Assembly: GCA_965200965.1 (NCBI GenBank) | Contig: OZ241744.1 | Location: forward strand, 2,112,001-2,176,000 | Source: an uncultured Candidatus Binatia bacterium | GTDB taxonomy: Bacteria; Desulfobacterota; Binatia; Bin18 | Reading direction: 5' to 3' | Length of the DNA: 64,000 nucleotides | In this document: positions 27,853 through 41,402 of the stretch, piece after piece | Layout of the letters: each line of letters starts with the position of its first letter | How positions within the stretch are numbered: position 1 is the first letter of the stretch | Program-made: the position numbers and the translations under genes | The notes under the pieces: model-generated | What the model was told of the DNA's origin: nothing | Databases searched by the model: none | What the model saw: only the letters and a program-made list of their open reading frames with translations

Positions 27853-28555
27853 GATGCGCGACCTGACTGCGCGTGTGCCGGCCAAGGAGGTGGCGCGCCT
27901 GCTGAAAGATGGCCTCAAACATGGGCCTGGTCAGCCGTCCGGTGAAGGTGTTCTGCTGGCTGGGGTGATACGAGCCGATCAAGGTTATCCCGTCCAGTTC
28001 ATAGCTCAGGCCGTGGCCAAAGCGTGGCTTGGGAGAGGGTACAGACAGGGCCAGTTCACGGCGGGCAGTCAGGTAGGCGTGAAACGCGATGTGGCCGAGG
28101 GCAAGGACCACCCGGACTCTTTTCAGCAGCTGGAGTTCCCGGACCAGATATGGCCGGCAGGCCACATACTCTTCGCGCAGGGGTTTGTTGTCCGGGGGGG
28201 CACAGTGGACGGCCGAGGTGATGCAACAGCCGTGGAGGGCGAGACCGTCGCCCCGGTGGCTTGAGGTCGGCTGGTTGGCAAATCCGGCCGCATACAGGGC
28301 CGCGTACAGCCAGTCCCCGCTGCGGTCGCCGGTAAACGCCCGCCCGGTTCGATTCCCACCGTGGGCGGCAGGGGCCAGACCGACAATCAGGAGCCGGGCC
28401 TTGGGGTCGCCAAAGCTGGGGACCGGCTGTCCCCAGTAGGTCCAGTCCCGATAGCGTTTGACCTTGTGCCGAGAGACGCGCTCACGATAGCCCACCAGCC
28501 GGGGACAGCGTGTGCAGCCGATGATGTCGCGCTGGAGCTGGGCAAAGCCCGGCAT
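27833..28555 (-). CDS. Uracil-DNA glycosylase, family 5 (UdgB-like, Fe-S)
   Basis: Cxx[39 protein letters not shown]. Confidence 0.92.
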   Translation of the reverse strand: MPGFAQLQRDIIGCTRCPRLVGYRERVSRHKVKRYRDWTYWGQPVPSFGDPKARLLIVGLAPAAHGGNRTGRAFTGDRSGDWLYAALYAAGFANQPTSSHRGDGLALHGCCITSAVHCAPPDNKPLREEYVACRPYLVRELQLLKRVRVVLALGHIAFHAYLTARRELALSVPSPKPRFGHGLSYELDGITLIGSYHPSQQNTFTGRLTRPMFEAIFQQARHLLGRHTRSQVAHLKEKWP

Positions 28556-28558
28556 CGC

Positions 28559-30034
28559 CTAGAGACTCATCACATAGCGCACCAGGGTCCGGACTCCAAA
28601 GCCGGTTCCTCCCCGTGGGCTGTAGGGCAGCTCGCGGTTGGCAAAAGCCGGGCCGGCAATGTCAAGGTGCGCCCAGGGCGTATGGCCGACAAACTCTTCG
28701 AGAAATAAGGCACCGGCAATCGCTCCGCCAGAGCCGCCGCCGATGTTCCTGATATCGGCCACCGCGCTCTTGATGTCGTCTTTATAGTCTGTAACCAGCG
28801 GCAGCGGCCAGAAGGCCTCGCCGGACTGTTTGCCACACTCCATCAGGGCGTCGGACAACTCCCGGTTATTGCAGAACAGGCCGGCCACCTGCGAGCCAAG
28901 GGCCACTACGCAGGCCCCGGTCAGGGTCGCCAGATCAATGATGACATCGGCCTTGTCTTCAACCGCCCGGATCAGGGCGTCGGCCAGAATCAGGCGTCCT
29001 TCGGCGTCGGTGTTGAGGACTTCGACCGTTGTGCCGTTTTTATAGGTGATGATATCGCCCGGTTTCTGGGCTGTGCCGCTCGGCATGTTTTCGGTTGAGG
29101 GCACATAGGCCGTGACCTTGACGGCTGGCTTGAGCTGGGCAATGACCTGCATGACACCCAGCACAGTCGCCCCACCGGACATATCCAGCTTCATCGTCTC
29201 CATTGATTTTGGCGGTTTGAGCGATAAGCCGCCCGAATCAAAGGTCAGCCCTTTGCCGACCAGGGCAATTTTTTTCCTGGGTCTGCCCTTGGGGGTGTAG
29301 CGCAGCGTAATAAAGCGCGGCTCTTCAACACTGCCCTTGGCCACCGCCAGGACGCCGGCCATTTTGGCCGTTTTCATTTTGGGAAGCCCGAGGATTTCGG
29401 CCTTCAGGCCGCCGCGGCGAGCGATGTGGGTTGCCTGTGCGGCCAGATAGGACGGGGTGGAAACAGAGGCCGGCTCGTTGATGAGGTCACGCGCCAGGCA
29501 GACCCCGGGTGCGGTTTTCCGGGCCGCCTCAAGTGCCCGGCTGAGCGCGGCCGTGTTGCGCAGCCGAGGCCCGCTCAAACTGAGGGTGTCCACACCCGGC
29601 CGGGTATCGGCCCGGTCTGATTTATATTTGTCAAAGGCGTAGGCCGACAGCAGGCTGCCTTCAACCACCGCGGCCAACTCGGCCTCGGACCGGGTGTCGG
29701 TAAAAAACCAGGCCAGGTGCCTGGTCCGCTGGCCCTTGGCCGCTTTGTGGGCGTTAGCCGCACTCCGCCGCCAGGTTTCCGTGTCTGCCCCGGCCTTGCC
29801 CAGACCGAGCAACAGCAGGGTCCGGCTGGGGAGGCGCTGCTGGGTTGGGAAGATCACGGTCTGACCGGCCTTGCCGGTGAAGCCGGTGTGGGTGAGGTGG
29901 GCGGTGAGGGTGCCGCCGAGGGCGTCGTCAAGTGCTTGCACGGTCCCGTTGGTGTGCTGCCCCTCGGCAAGCGGGACAACGAGCATGTCGCTCTTCAGCC
30001 TGGTAATTGCCTGTGACTGCACGCGGATATTCAT
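28559..30034 (-). CDS. pepA: Leucyl aminopeptidase (M17)
   Basis: GKGLTFDSGG, MKLDMSG, NTDAEGRL, ATLTGA, HLDIAG. Confidence 0.95.
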   Translation of the reverse strand: MNIRVQSQAITRLKSDMLVVPLAEGQHTNGTVQALDDALGGTLTAHLTHTGFTGKAGQTVIFPTQQRLPSRTLLLLGLGKAGADTETWRRSAANAHKAAKGQRTRHLAWFFTDTRSEAELAAVVEGSLLSAYAFDKYKSDRADTRPGVDTLSLSGPRLRNTAALSRALEAARKTAPGVCLARDLINEPASVSTPSYLAAQATHIARRGGLKAEILGLPKMKTAKMAGVLAVAKGSVEEPRFITLRYTPKGRPRKKIALVGKGLTFDSGGLSLKPPKSMETMKLDMSGGATVLGVMQVIAQLKPAVKVTAYVPSTENMPSGTAQKPGDIITYKNGTTVEVLNTDAEGRLILADALIRAVEDKADVIIDLATLTGACVVALGSQVAGLFCNNRELSDALMECGKQSGEAFWPLPLVTDYKDDIKSAVADIRNIGGGSGGAIAGALFLEEFVGHTPWAHLDIAGPAFANRELPYSPRGGTGFGVRTLVRYVMSL

Positions 30035-30068
30035 GCCTCGTCCTTATGCGCTGCGCCGGCGGCCCCGC

Positions 30069-30446
30069 CTATTCGGCTGCCGCTTGTGCTGTGGCCTCTG
30101 CGCCGGCTTCCTGTGGGGTCCCAAGCGGCTGCGTTCTGGCCGCCTTGGCAAAGGCCCGCAGCCGGCGCTTCAGGGTCCGAATCCCGCGTCGGACAGCGTG
30201 CAGTTCGTCGTAGGCTTTGCGCTCAATCGCCTGGTCACGCCGGCGCTTCAGGGCGGCGAGGTGCTGCTTGATGTCTGCTCTCTCAGCGCTCGGCGTTTTT
30301 GTTTCCAGGGGTATGCCGTGCTCCTGGGCCAACAGCCTGATCAGCGCCTCTTTTTTCATGGCCGTGACGCCGACGATATCGGGGATTTTGAGCGCTTCTT
30401 CGCGTAACCTGGGGGTATTCATGCGGAGCAGTTCTTTGGCGGTCAT
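30069..30446 (-). CDS. Hypothetical protein with Rho-N-like N-terminus
   Basis: LREEALKIPDIVGVTAMKKEALIRLL followed by a basic coiled coil. Confidence 0.65.
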   Translation of the reverse strand: MTAKELLRMNTPRLREEALKIPDIVGVTAMKKEALIRLLAQEHGIPLETKTPSAERADIKQHLAALKRRRDQAIERKAYDELHAVRRGIRTLKRRLRAFAKAARTQPLGTPQEAGAEATAQAAAE

Positions 30447-30449
30447 GGG

Positions 30450-30749
30450 CTAGTCCTTGGGCGGGCGGTTGGGGGTAAACGTTTTTCTGGCGGCATAGAA
30501 CAGCGCACCGCCGACTATGGCATACACGGCCAGCCCCTCCAACAGGCCAATCCCTCCCGACAGCAGAAACACCGCGAGCACCAGCCCGGTGCCGATCAGG
30601 GCAAGGATTTTTTCAAGGCGTTCTTCGCGTTTGCGGACCGCTTCGATATGGGCGCTGACCGGCGCTCCGCACGCGGTGCAGCGCCCGGCGCGTTTGCGGT
30701 ACAGGCGGTGTCCGCACTGGGGACAGACGATGCGCAGCGGAACAGGCAT
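30450..30749 (-). CDS. Small Zn-ribbon membrane protein
   Basis: CPQC...CTAC plus two hydrophobic helices. Confidence 0.65.
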   Translation of the reverse strand: MPVPLRIVCPQCGHRLYRKRAGRCTACGAPVSAHIEAVRKREERLEKILALIGTGLVLAVFLLSGGIGLLEGLAVYAIVGGALFYAARKTFTPNRPPKD

Positions 30750-30777
30750 CTGCTCACGGGCTGAGGGGGGGCGGGGT

Positions 30778-31791
30778 TCAGTCTACCGTCCAGACATCAC
30801 CCCGGTTCAGCAGCGCGTCAACGTCTCCCCGGCCCTGCCTGGCGACTGCGTCTTCGAGCTGCTTGGCCATGAGGGCCTCAATGGTCGGCCGCGCGGTTGA
30901 ATACAGGACGCCGATCGGGGTCGGAAAATTGGGCGGTGTCATCCGGCTGAGCAGAAAGGCCAGGGTCTGATCGTGCTCATCATGCACGAGCAGATCATCG
31001 CTGCTCACCCCGTTGCCCAACTCGACAACCTCGGGAATCAGGCCCTTGAGCCGAATCCCCCGGTCTTTGTTTTTGCCAAACATCATGGGCTGACCGTGTT
31101 CAAGCAGCAGTTGGCTATCCGCTTTGCTGCCCTTATCGGTCAGAGCATCCCAGGCACCGTCGTTATAGACGTTGCAGTTCTGGAGAATCTCGATAAAAGC
31201 CCCGCCGTTGTGGGCCGCGGCTCGGGTGAGCGTGTTCTGCTGGTGTCTGGCCTCAACGTCGATGGAGCGGGCGACAAAGGTCGCTTCGGCCCCGAGGGCC
31301 AGACTCATCGGGTTGATGGGATAGTCGGCTGAGCCCATTGGTGTTGATTTGGCGACCTTGCCCAGCTCTGAGGTTGGCGAGTACTGGCCCTTGGTCAGCC
31401 CATAGATGCGGTTGTTGAACAGCATGATTTTCAACGCCACATTGCGCCGCAGGGCGTGGATGAGATGGTTGCCGCCGATGCTCAGCCCATCCCCGTCTCC
31501 GGTGACCAGCCAGATGTGGAGGTCCGGCCGCGAGATCCTGAGACCGGTGGCAATGGCCGGAGCGCGGCCGTGGATGGTGTGAAAGCCATAGGTGTTCATG
31601 TAGTAGGGAAAACGGCTGGAGCAGCCAATCCCGGATATGAACACCGCCTTGTCCTTGGGAATACCCAGATCGGGAAAGATTTTCTGGACTTGGGCCAGAA
31701 TGGCGTAGTCGCCGCAGCCCGGGCACCAGCGGACATCCTGGTCAGAAACAAAGTCTTTACGCGTCAGTTTTGTCATCGCTTCTGCGCTCAT
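30778..31791 (-). CDS. korB: 2-oxoacid:ferredoxin oxidoreductase beta subunit
   Basis: WCPGCGD, SGIGCS, GDGDGLSIGGNH, YGLTKGQ. Confidence 0.93.
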   Translation of the reverse strand: MSAEAMTKLTRKDFVSDQDVRWCPGCGDYAILAQVQKIFPDLGIPKDKAVFISGIGCSSRFPYYMNTYGFHTIHGRAPAIATGLRISRPDLHIWLVTGDGDGLSIGGNHLIHALRRNVALKIMLFNNRIYGLTKGQYSPTSELGKVAKSTPMGSADYPINPMSLALGAEATFVARSIDVEARHQQNTLTRAAAHNGGAFIEILQNCNVYNDGAWDALTDKGSKADSQLLLEHGQPMMFGKNKDRGIRLKGLIPEVVELGNGVSSDDLLVHDEHDQTLAFLLSRMTPPNFPTPIGVLYSTARPTIEALMAKQLEDAVARQGRGDVDALLNRGDVWTVD

Positions 31792-31803
31792 GAACTGTAC
31801 TCC

Positions 31804-33663
31804 TCAGCTTTCCAGCATACGGTCAATGCGGGTAGAGATTTCGGAGACCTTGAACGGCCGGCCCTGAAGTTTGTTCAGACCGGCCGCGTCGAGCAGGTAT
31901 TCCGCCCGCAGCAAACGCACCAACTGGCCGAGATTCATTTCCGGGACGAGGACCTTTTCAAACCGGCCCAGAATATCACCGAGGTCGGCCGGCAGCGGAT
32001 TCAGGTGACGCAGGTGGACATGCGAGACACGCTGCCCTTTGGTCTGGGCCTTTTTGACTGCCTCGGCAATGGAGCCATAGGTGCTGCCCCAGCCAACGAC
32101 CACCAGCCGGCCGCTGTCCGCTCCCTCAATCCTGGTCGGGGGCATATCCCGGGTCATCAGGTTCAGCTTGCGGACCCGGACTCGCGCCATCTGTTCGTGA
32201 TTGGCCGGGGCGTAGCTGATGTTGCCGGTCAGGTAGTCTTTCTCAAGACCGCCGATGCGGTGCTCAAGTCCCGGCGTCCCCGGCCGTACCCAGGGCCGCG
32301 CCAGGGTTTCCTCGTCGCGGAGGTAGGGAAAGAAGCCGTGGGGGTCGGTGCGGAACGCAACCGTGATGTCGGGCAAATCGGCAAAGCGGGGCAGCAGCCA
32401 CGGTTCTGCGGCGTTGGCCAGAAAGCCGTCGGTCAACAGAATCACCGGGGTCATGTATTTCACCGCCAGGCGGACCGCCTCATAGGCCGTCTCAAAGCAG
32501 TCGGCCGGGGTCGCCGCGGCAAGCACCGGAACCGGCGACTCGCCGTGACGGCCATACACAGACTGTAAGAGGTCGGCCTGCTCCGGCTTGGTCGGCATAC
32601 CCGTGCTCGGACCGGCACGCTGAATATCGGTAATAATCAGCGGGAGCTCGACCGAGGCCGCCAGGGCCACGGTTTCGGCCTTCAGGTTCATCCCCGGACC
32701 AGCCGTGGTGGTCACTGCCACCGCGCCACCAAAGGCGGCCCCGAGGGCGGAGCCGACCCCGGCGATCTCGTCTTCGGCCTGGAAAGTATAGACATTGTAG
32801 TTTTTGAGTTCGGCCAACTCATGCAGCACGTCACTGGCCGGGGTAATGGGATAGCTGCCCAGAAAGAGCGGCAGGCCGGCTTTATTGGCCGCGGCCACAA
32901 AGCCAATCGCGGTAGCGGTGTTGCCGGTGATACTCCGATAGGTCCCGGGATTGATCTGGGCCGGCCTGATTTCGTACGAGGAGGCAAACAACTCGGTATG
33001 CTCGGCCAGATTATAGCCGCCCTTGAGCGCCAGCGTATTGGCCTCAACGATGTCGGGTGTTCTCTTGAACCGGTTCTGAATCCACTCCAGGGTGGGCTCG
33101 ATGGGACGGGTGAACAGCCAGGAGACCACGCCCAGCGCAAAGAAGTTGCGGCAGCGCATGACCGTGCGGTTCGGCAGGTTCAGGCTTTTGAGGGCCTCGG
33201 TTGTCATCCTGGTGACATCGACCCGGTACACTTGGTACTTGTCAAGCGAGCTGTCCTCCAGCGGGCTGGCCTCATACTGGGCTTTTCTGAGATTGGCCGG
33301 ACTGAACTCGGCCGCGTTGACGATAAGGATACCGTTTGGCTTGAGATCGCCGAGATTGGTCTTGAGGGCGGCCGGATTCATGGCCACCAAGGCGTCAAGA
33401 TCGTCACCCGGGGTGTAGACGGTGTCCTTGCTGAAGTTGACCTGAAAGGCACTCACACCGTACAGCGTTCCAGTCGGTGCCCGAATCTCGGCCGGGAAGT
33501 CTGGCAGGGTGCCAATATCGTTGCCGGCAAAAACGGACTCTGTTGTGAACTGGTTGCCGGTGAGCTGCATACCATCGCCAGAGTCTCCGGCAAAGCGGAT
33601 AACCACCTGGTCCAATTCCTGAACCGGTTTTTCCAGCGGAGCCCCGGCAGGGTTCGTTGCCAT
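31804..33663 (-). CDS. korA: 2-oxoacid:ferredoxin oxidoreductase alpha subunit
   Basis: AGDSGDGMQLTG, YPITPAS, QAEDEIA, QRAGPSTGMPTK, EMNLGQL. Confidence 0.93.
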   Translation of the reverse strand: MATNPAGAPLEKPVQELDQVVIRFAGDSGDGMQLTGNQFTTESVFAGNDIGTLPDFPAEIRAPTGTLYGVSAFQVNFSKDTVYTPGDDLDALVAMNPAALKTNLGDLKPNGILIVNAAEFSPANLRKAQYEASPLEDSSLDKYQVYRVDVTRMTTEALKSLNLPNRTVMRCRNFFALGVVSWLFTRPIEPTLEWIQNRFKRTPDIVEANTLALKGGYNLAEHTELFASSYEIRPAQINPGTYRSITGNTATAIGFVAAANKAGLPLFLGSYPITPASDVLHELAELKNYNVYTFQAEDEIAGVGSALGAAFGGAVAVTTTAGPGMNLKAETVALAASVELPLIITDIQRAGPSTGMPTKPEQADLLQSVYGRHGESPVPVLAAATPADCFETAYEAVRLAVKYMTPVILLTDGFLANAAEPWLLPRFADLPDITVAFRTDPHGFFPYLRDEETLARPWVRPGTPGLEHRIGGLEKDYLTGNISYAPANHEQMARVRVRKLNLMTRDMPPTRIEGADSGRLVVVGWGSTYGSIAEAVKKAQTKGQRVSHVHLRHLNPLPADLGDILGRFEKVLVPEMNLGQLVRLLRAEYLLDAAGLNKLQGRPFKVSEISTRIDRMLES

Positions 33664-33955
33664 GCGTTTGCCCTCCTCACTTGTATAACGATTGTTTGCG
33701 ACAGAGCGGATTCAACCCAGGGCATTTTCCCCAGGGGCCAACGAGGAGACGGTGCCAGGGTATCTGAGACACCCCACCCTGACAAGTTGACCCCCCGGTG
33801 TCAGATCGTCTTTCGCACAATCCTGCGCCTTAGGTTACAAAAAACGGAATGACGAGCGGAGGGGCGGCCTGTATCTGCCCACGGCCACGGCAGTCAGTGA
33901 CGGTATGCGCACAATCTCAGGAGAAAAACCGCCAGACCTGTCCCCAGGCCGCGCT

Positions 33956-34339
33956 TCAGGCCGACACACTCAGCTCGGGCCAGTCGTGCAGCCCGGCTCG
34001 TTCGGCCAGCTGACGGGTTTTCCAGGCCAGCAGGCCCCGGCGGAAGAAGACGGGGTTAATTTCAAACGCCTCGCAGATATTGACGAAAGAGAACAGCCAG
34101 CCCGGCTCGTCGGCCAGGAACCATACCTCGGCTTCGTCGTGGAGTTGGCGGTGTCTGCGGTCCGTCGCCCACAGGTGTTTCTGGAAGCACTCGATCGCGT
34201 CTTCCAGAATCGCCAGCATGAGCCGCCGTTCACCCTCGGCCGGGGCTTTCTGGCGGAGGTCGGCAAAAAACTGCACGGGCAAAAGAATGCTCGGTTCAAA
34301 GAATGGTACAGGATCATCGGCACGGTGTGTGTGTTGCAT
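33956..34339 (-). CDS. Hypothetical protein
   Basis: RRLMLAILEDAIECF...EAEVWF...FSFVNICEAF; GGGAG SD-like sequence. Confidence 0.7.
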   Translation of the reverse strand: MQHTHRADDPVPFFEPSILLPVQFFADLRQKAPAEGERRLMLAILEDAIECFQKHLWATDRRHRQLHDEAEVWFLADEPGWLFSFVNICEAFEINPVFFRRGLLAWKTRQLAERAGLHDWPELSVSA

Positions 34340-34447
34340 GGAGCAACTCCCTTGTTGAAGGATTCCTCCTCATCCTCAATCCACCACATCCCCACGTCCC
34401 TCTCCAAATGTGCCGCTCTGTAGAGAGCCCCGGCGGGAGACGACAGG

Positions 34448-34663
34448 TCAGTCTTCATTCTCTTCTTCATATAGTCCGAACCACGCCATTTGTATAGCCT
34501 CCAGCTTGCCTTCGCTCGCATCTTTCGGGTCATCAACGAAGCCGTTGAGTTGCGTCACCCATGTGAGCAGATCGGTAAACCGTATACTCAGCGGCTCGGT
34601 ATCGGGGTAGGTGTCCAGTAATGCCTCGGCAATCTCTTCAACGCTGTCCCAATACAAGGCCAT
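34448..34663 (-). CDS. iscX: Fe-S assembly protein IscX
   Basis: W....IAEAL..YP...P..IRFTDL...F.DDP....EGKLEAIQMAW. Confidence 0.92.
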   Translation of the reverse strand: MALYWDSVEEIAEALLDTYPDTEPLSIRFTDLLTWVTQLNGFVDDPKDASEGKLEAIQMAWFGLYEEENED

Positions 34664-34666
34664 TGT

Positions 34667-36493
34667 TTACACCTCGGATACGCGCTTATCGGCAAGGGCG
34701 GCCTGGATCGAGGTATCCATAATCCGCCGGGCGAACGGCTCGGTCGCCTCACTCAGGGCCTCGCTCAGTTCACGAATCCGATCAGAGTCCCGGCCCACGG
34801 TGGCCTCCTGGAGCGCCTTCACCGCGGCATCGATACGGTCGGCTTCGCCCTCCTGGAGGGCCGCGGCATTGTCACGGAGCGTCTTTTCGGTGGCGTTGAG
34901 GATGGTGTCGGCCTCAACCCGGGCCTCAATCAGCAACCGCCGGTTGAAATCCTCCTCGGCGTAATCGATCGATTCTTCGAGCAGTTGCTCAATCTCCTCG
35001 TCATTCAGACCGTAGGACGGCTTGACATCCACAGACCGCTCCCGGCCGGTCCGCAGATCAATTGCCGAAACATTCAGAATGCCGTTGGCGTCGATCATAA
35101 ACGCGACCTCAACCCGGGGGACGCCCGCCGGCTGAGGCTCAATGGGAATGGTAAATCGGGCCAGACTGCGACAGTCCCGGGCCAACTCGCGTTCTCCCTG
35201 GAGGACGTGGACCTCGACCGCGGTTTGGTCGTCCACCGCGGTGGTGAACATTTCTTTGACCATGGCCGGAATGGTGGTGTTACGCTCCAGGAGTTGGCTC
35301 ATCACCCCGCCCATGGTCTCAATACCGAGCGACAGCGGCACGACATCGAGCAGCAGCATGTCTTTGCGCCGCCCGGACAGGGTGTCGGCCTGAATGGCCG
35401 CGCCAAGGGCGACAACTTCGTCTGGATCGAGGTCGGTCAGCGGGGGACGCCCAAAGAACTCTGCCACCCGCTGTCGCACGAGAGGCATCCGGGTGGAGCC
35501 GCCAACCAGGACAACGGCATCAATATCAGCCGCTGCCACCCCGGCATCCCTGAGGGCTTGGCGACACGGCAGCAGGGTGCGGGCAATAATGTCATCCACC
35601 GCGGCCTCCAACTCCCGGCGACTGAGGGACCGCTCAAACTCCCCCCTGTCAGGAAGGCTGAGCGACAGGCTGGCCTGGCGATGGGTCGACAGGGTCTGTT
35701 TGGCCGCTCTGGCCGTGGCCTGCGCCCGGCTCAAGACCCGTGGGTCGGCCCACAGTTCTTCCGCCAATTCATCCAGCACAAAGCGCTGGGCAATGCGCTG
35801 GTCAATATCGTCCCCGCCCAGCCGGGTATCGCCGTTGGTTGCCACGACCTCAAAAATACCCGTGCGGAGGCGCAGAAGAGAGATATCAAAGGTCCCGCCA
35901 CCGAAATCATACACGGCAATGAGCCCTTCCTCTCGCTTATCCAGACCATAGGCGAGCGAGGCCGCGGTCGGCTCGTTGACCAAGCGAATGACCTCGAGGC
36001 CGGCCAGCCGACCGGCGTCTTTGGTGGCCTGACGCTGCGAGTCGTTAAAGTAGGCTGGAACCGTAATCACGACCTTGTTGATCGGTTCGTGCAGGGCTGC
36101 CTCAGCCCGTTCGCGGAGCGTGCGCAGAAGAGCGGCAGAAATCTCGGGCGGGGTATAGGAGCGGTCGTGTACGGCAAAGCGGACGAGGGCCTGCTTGTTT
36201 TCCTCCCCGGCGTCTCGGGCAAAAGCGTAGCGGCGACGGTCTTCGTCACTGACATGCTCCATCCCCAGGCCCATGAAACGCTTGACCGAGCGCAGCGTGG
36301 TCAGGGGATGGGCGGCTTCGCGCTCAACGGCCGGCTGGCCGACCAGGGCGCTTCCATCCGGGAGAAAGCTGACCACCGACGGGAGCAGGCTGCTGCCGGT
36401 GTGGGCGTCGGCCAGCACACGGGGGGTGTCTTCATGCGTATAGGCAATCAGACTATTGGTGGTGCCGAGATCAATACCGACTATGCGTTCCAC
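34667..36493 (-). CDS. hscA: Fe-S assembly Hsp70 chaperone HscA
   Basis: [32 protein letters not shown]; isc context. Confidence 0.92.
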   Translation of the reverse strand: MERIVGIDLGTTNSLIAYTHEDTPRVLADAHTGSSLLPSVVSFLPDGSALVGQPAVEREAAHPLTTLRSVKRFMGLGMEHVSDEDRRRYAFARDAGEENKQALVRFAVHDRSYTPPEISAALLRTLRERAEAALHEPINKVVITVPAYFNDSQRQATKDAGRLAGLEVIRLVNEPTAASLAYGLDKREEGLIAVYDFGGGTFDISLLRLRTGIFEVVATNGDTRLGGDDIDQRIAQRFVLDELAEELWADPRVLSRAQATARAAKQTLSTHRQASLSLSLPDRGEFERSLSRRELEAAVDDIIARTLLPCRQALRDAGVAAADIDAVVLVGGSTRMPLVRQRVAEFFGRPPLTDLDPDEVVALGAAIQADTLSGRRKDMLLLDVVPLSLGIETMGGVMSQLLERNTTIPAMVKEMFTTAVDDQTAVEVHVLQGERELARDCRSLARFTIPIEPQPAGVPRVEVAFMIDANGILNVSAIDLRTGRERSVDVKPSYGLNDEEIEQLLEESIDYAEEDFNRRLLIEARVEADTILNATEKTLRDNAAALQEGEADRIDAAVKALQEATVGRDSDRIRELSEALSEATEPFARRIMDTSIQAALADKRVSEV

Positions 36494-37206
36494 GATATCC
36501 CGGTTTCCTTTTCCACATCTCGTAAGAGGGTCCGCAAATAGGCCAACTCGGACAGGACGCTTTTCAGTTCGGCCAGCAGAACAGACGACTCGCCTTTCAA
36601 AGACGAATCATCCTGACCGTTTCCAGGGGGAAGAGAGGATGATTCGCCTTTCTGGTTCTGCCAGTCAGAAAAGTGCCGAACCAGGGCGGCTTGTACGCCA
36701 GCCAGTCGCTCTTTGAGCTGGGTCTGTAGCCCGGTCAGGGCGCTGTCAACTTCGGCCTCTCTGCCCGCCCGGCGGGCGTCTCGGAGTTCTTCGAGCTGTT
36801 CCTGAACCGAAAAGACCACGCTCGCCAGCTGGGGCGGTACCCGGTTATTGTTCGTGCCGAGTTTCTCGCCGTGGAGTTCCAGCCAATACACCCCCCGCTG
36901 GACAGGATCGCGCAAGGTGCGGTAGGCACGGTTTACAAGCGCGCTATTGGTCAGGCTGGCCTCTTGTTCCTGGGCGCTGGCGGTCTGGTAGAGATCGGGA
37001 TGGAGACGCCGGCTCAACGCATAATAGCGGCTGGACAGGGCGGCTTCATCAAGCCTCAGATTCCGCTCCAGCCCCAAGACCCGGAAATAGTCAAGGTGGG
37101 CCGGGAGCGGCTGGATCGCCTCGCAGCGTGGACAAAAGGCCGTCACCAAGCCCTCGCTGTGGCAGTGCCAGCACAGCATCGTCTCAGGAGCAGCCATGAA
37201 CGACAC
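36481..37206 (-). CDS. hscB: Co-chaperone HscB with N-terminal Cys motif
   Basis: CWHC...CPRC, J-domain [13 protein letters not shown]. Confidence 0.92.
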   Translation of the reverse strand: MSFMAAPETMLCWHCHSEGLVTAFCPRCEAIQPLPAHLDYFRVLGLERNLRLDEAALSSRYYALSRRLHPDLYQTASAQEQEASLTNSALVNRAYRTLRDPVQRGVYWLELHGEKLGTNNNRVPPQLASVVFSVQEQLEELRDARRAGREAEVDSALTGLQTQLKERLAGVQAALVRHFSDWQNQKGESSSLPPGNGQDDSSLKGESSVLLAELKSVLSELAYLRTLLRDVEKETGISWNA

Positions 37207-37221
37207 ACAGGCCAGGAGCAG

Positions 37222-37563
37222 CTACACGGAGAAAGAACTGCCGCAGCCGCACGAGCGTTTGACGTTGGGATTATTGAGCTTGAAGCCGGAGTCCATCAGA
37301 CTTTCGGAGTAGTCGAGCTCGGTGCCCCGGAGATATAAAAAGCTTTTGCGGTCAACCAGAACTCTGGCATTGTCCCGCTCAAACACCCGGTCCCCCTTGC
37401 GTTCGGCGTCAAGGTTCATTTTGTACGACAGCCCCGAACACCCGCCGCCGACGACCTTCACCCGCAGGCCCTGTCCCTCCACATCCTGTTGACTGACCAG
37501 GGCCTGGATCTTCTGAACCGCATTGTCGCTGATGTCGATTTTCAGTTTTGCCGGCTGTGCCAT
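37222..37563 (-). CDS. iscA: A-type Fe-S carrier (HesB/IscA)
   Basis: GGGCSGLSY, NPNVKRSCGCGSSF. Confidence 0.92.
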   Translation of the reverse strand: MAQPAKLKIDISDNAVQKIQALVSQQDVEGQGLRVKVVGGGCSGLSYKMNLDAERKGDRVFERDNARVLVDRKSFLYLRGTELDYSESLMDSGFKLNNPNVKRSCGCGSSFSV

Positions 37564-37577
37564 AGCGTTGTCCTTGC

Positions 37578-38798
37578 TCAGGCTGTTTTCCACTGCACAG
37601 ATTTGAGGTCAATACCCTCTCTGGCCATCTCATACAGGGGCGACAGTTCGCGCAGCCGCTGCACCACCTCAACGATGCGTCTGGCCACGCTATCGACTTC
37701 CTCCCCGGTATTGAAGCGGCCCAGTCCGAAGCGGATTGAGGTATGGGCCAACTCTTCCCCCACACCGAGCGCTTTCAACACATAGGAAGGCTCCAAGGTC
37801 GCTGAGGTACAGGCCGACCCGGAGGACAGGGCCACATCCTTGTTGATGCCCATCAGCAGCGATTCGCCCTCCACATACGAAAAGCTCAGGTTCAGGTTGC
37901 CGGGCAGGCGTTGGGTCGGATGTCCGTTCAGGTAGACTTCTTCCAGCTCCCGGGTAATGCCGTCGTGCAGGCGGGTGCGCAAACCGATGAGTGTGGCCGC
38001 TTCGGTCTCCAACTCCCGGCCGGCCAGCTGGCACGCCTTACCAAAGCCGACAATACCGGGCACATTCAGCGTACCGGACCGCATGCCACGCTCGTGCCCC
38101 CCCCCGTCGATGAGCGGGGTGAGCCGCACCCGCGGCCCTTTGGCCCGCACATAGAGGGCACCGCAGCCCTTGGGACCGTAGAGCTTGTGGGCCGTCATGG
38201 ACAACAGGTCAATGCCGTCCTGTTCAACATCCATCGGGATTTTGCCCACCCCCTGGGTGGCGTCGCAGTGAAAGAGCACCCCCCGGTCTTTGGCAATCCT
38301 GCCAATCTCACGAACCGGATGCAGGGTGCCGATTTCGTTGTTGGCGGCCATGATGGTAATGAGCACCGTTTTATCGGTGATGGCGTTTTCGACGTCGTCC
38401 GGGCTGACCATGCCGTATTGGTCAACCGGCAGATAGCTCACCTCGGCCTTGCCAGTCCGTTCCAAAGCCTTGCAGGGGTCAAGCACCGCCTTGTGTTCGG
38501 TCACACAGGTGATGATGTGATTGCCCTTCTCTCTATAGAACTCAGCCACGCCTTTGATGGCCAGATTGTCGGACTCTGTCGCCCCGCTGGTAAAGATGAT
38601 TTCCTTGGGCTTGGCCCCGATGGTCCGGGCAATCTGGCTGCGGGCAGTATCAACCGCCTCTTCAGCCGCCCAGCCAAAGGGATGGTTACGGCTGGCAGCA
38701 TTGCCAAAGTGCTCGCTGAAGTACGGCAGCATTGCCTCTAACACCCGTGGGTCCATTGGGGTAGTAGCCTGATTATCCATATAAATCGGCTGATGCAT
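37578..38798 (-). CDS. iscS: Cysteine desulfurase IscS
   Basis: [34 protein letters not shown]. Confidence 0.96.
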   Translation of the reverse strand: MHQPIYMDNQATTPMDPRVLEAMLPYFSEHFGNAASRNHPFGWAAEEAVDTARSQIARTIGAKPKEIIFTSGATESDNLAIKGVAEFYREKGNHIITCVTEHKAVLDPCKALERTGKAEVSYLPVDQYGMVSPDDVENAITDKTVLITIMAANNEIGTLHPVREIGRIAKDRGVLFHCDATQGVGKIPMDVEQDGIDLLSMTAHKLYGPKGCGALYVRAKGPRVRLTPLIDGGGHERGMRSGTLNVPGIVGFGKACQLAGRELETEAATLIGLRTRLHDGITRELEEVYLNGHPTQRLPGNLNLSFSYVEGESLLMGINKDVALSSGSACTSATLEPSYVLKALGVGEELAHTSIRFGLGRFNTGEEVDSVARRIVEVVQRLRELSPLYEMAREGIDLKSVQWKTA

Positions 38799-38837
38799 GA
38801 CGATGCTCCTCACATGTTCGCAGGGGAGTCAGGTAAA

Positions 38838-38879
38838 GTAGACCTTACAGGTCAAAGATACGTCAGATCCGTGTGGCTG

Positions 38880-38883
<4 letters not shown>
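38838..38883 (-). promoter_or_regulatory. isc operon promoter with putative Rrf2/IscR-like operator
   Basis: TTGACA (38883-38878, overlapping the uvrA stop)-17 nt-TATCTT, followed by the palindrome GACC-TGTAA-GGTC. Confidence 0.6.
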
Positions 38884-41393
<2,510 letters not shown>

Positions 41394-41402
41394 CGGCTCA
41401 GG

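Noticed and set aside
34985-36541. Long antisense ORFs (518 aa here; also 22575..23795, 31456..32568, 48137..49666, 49971..51443)
   Set aside because: These are shadow ORFs opposite well-supported high-GC genes and show no motifs.
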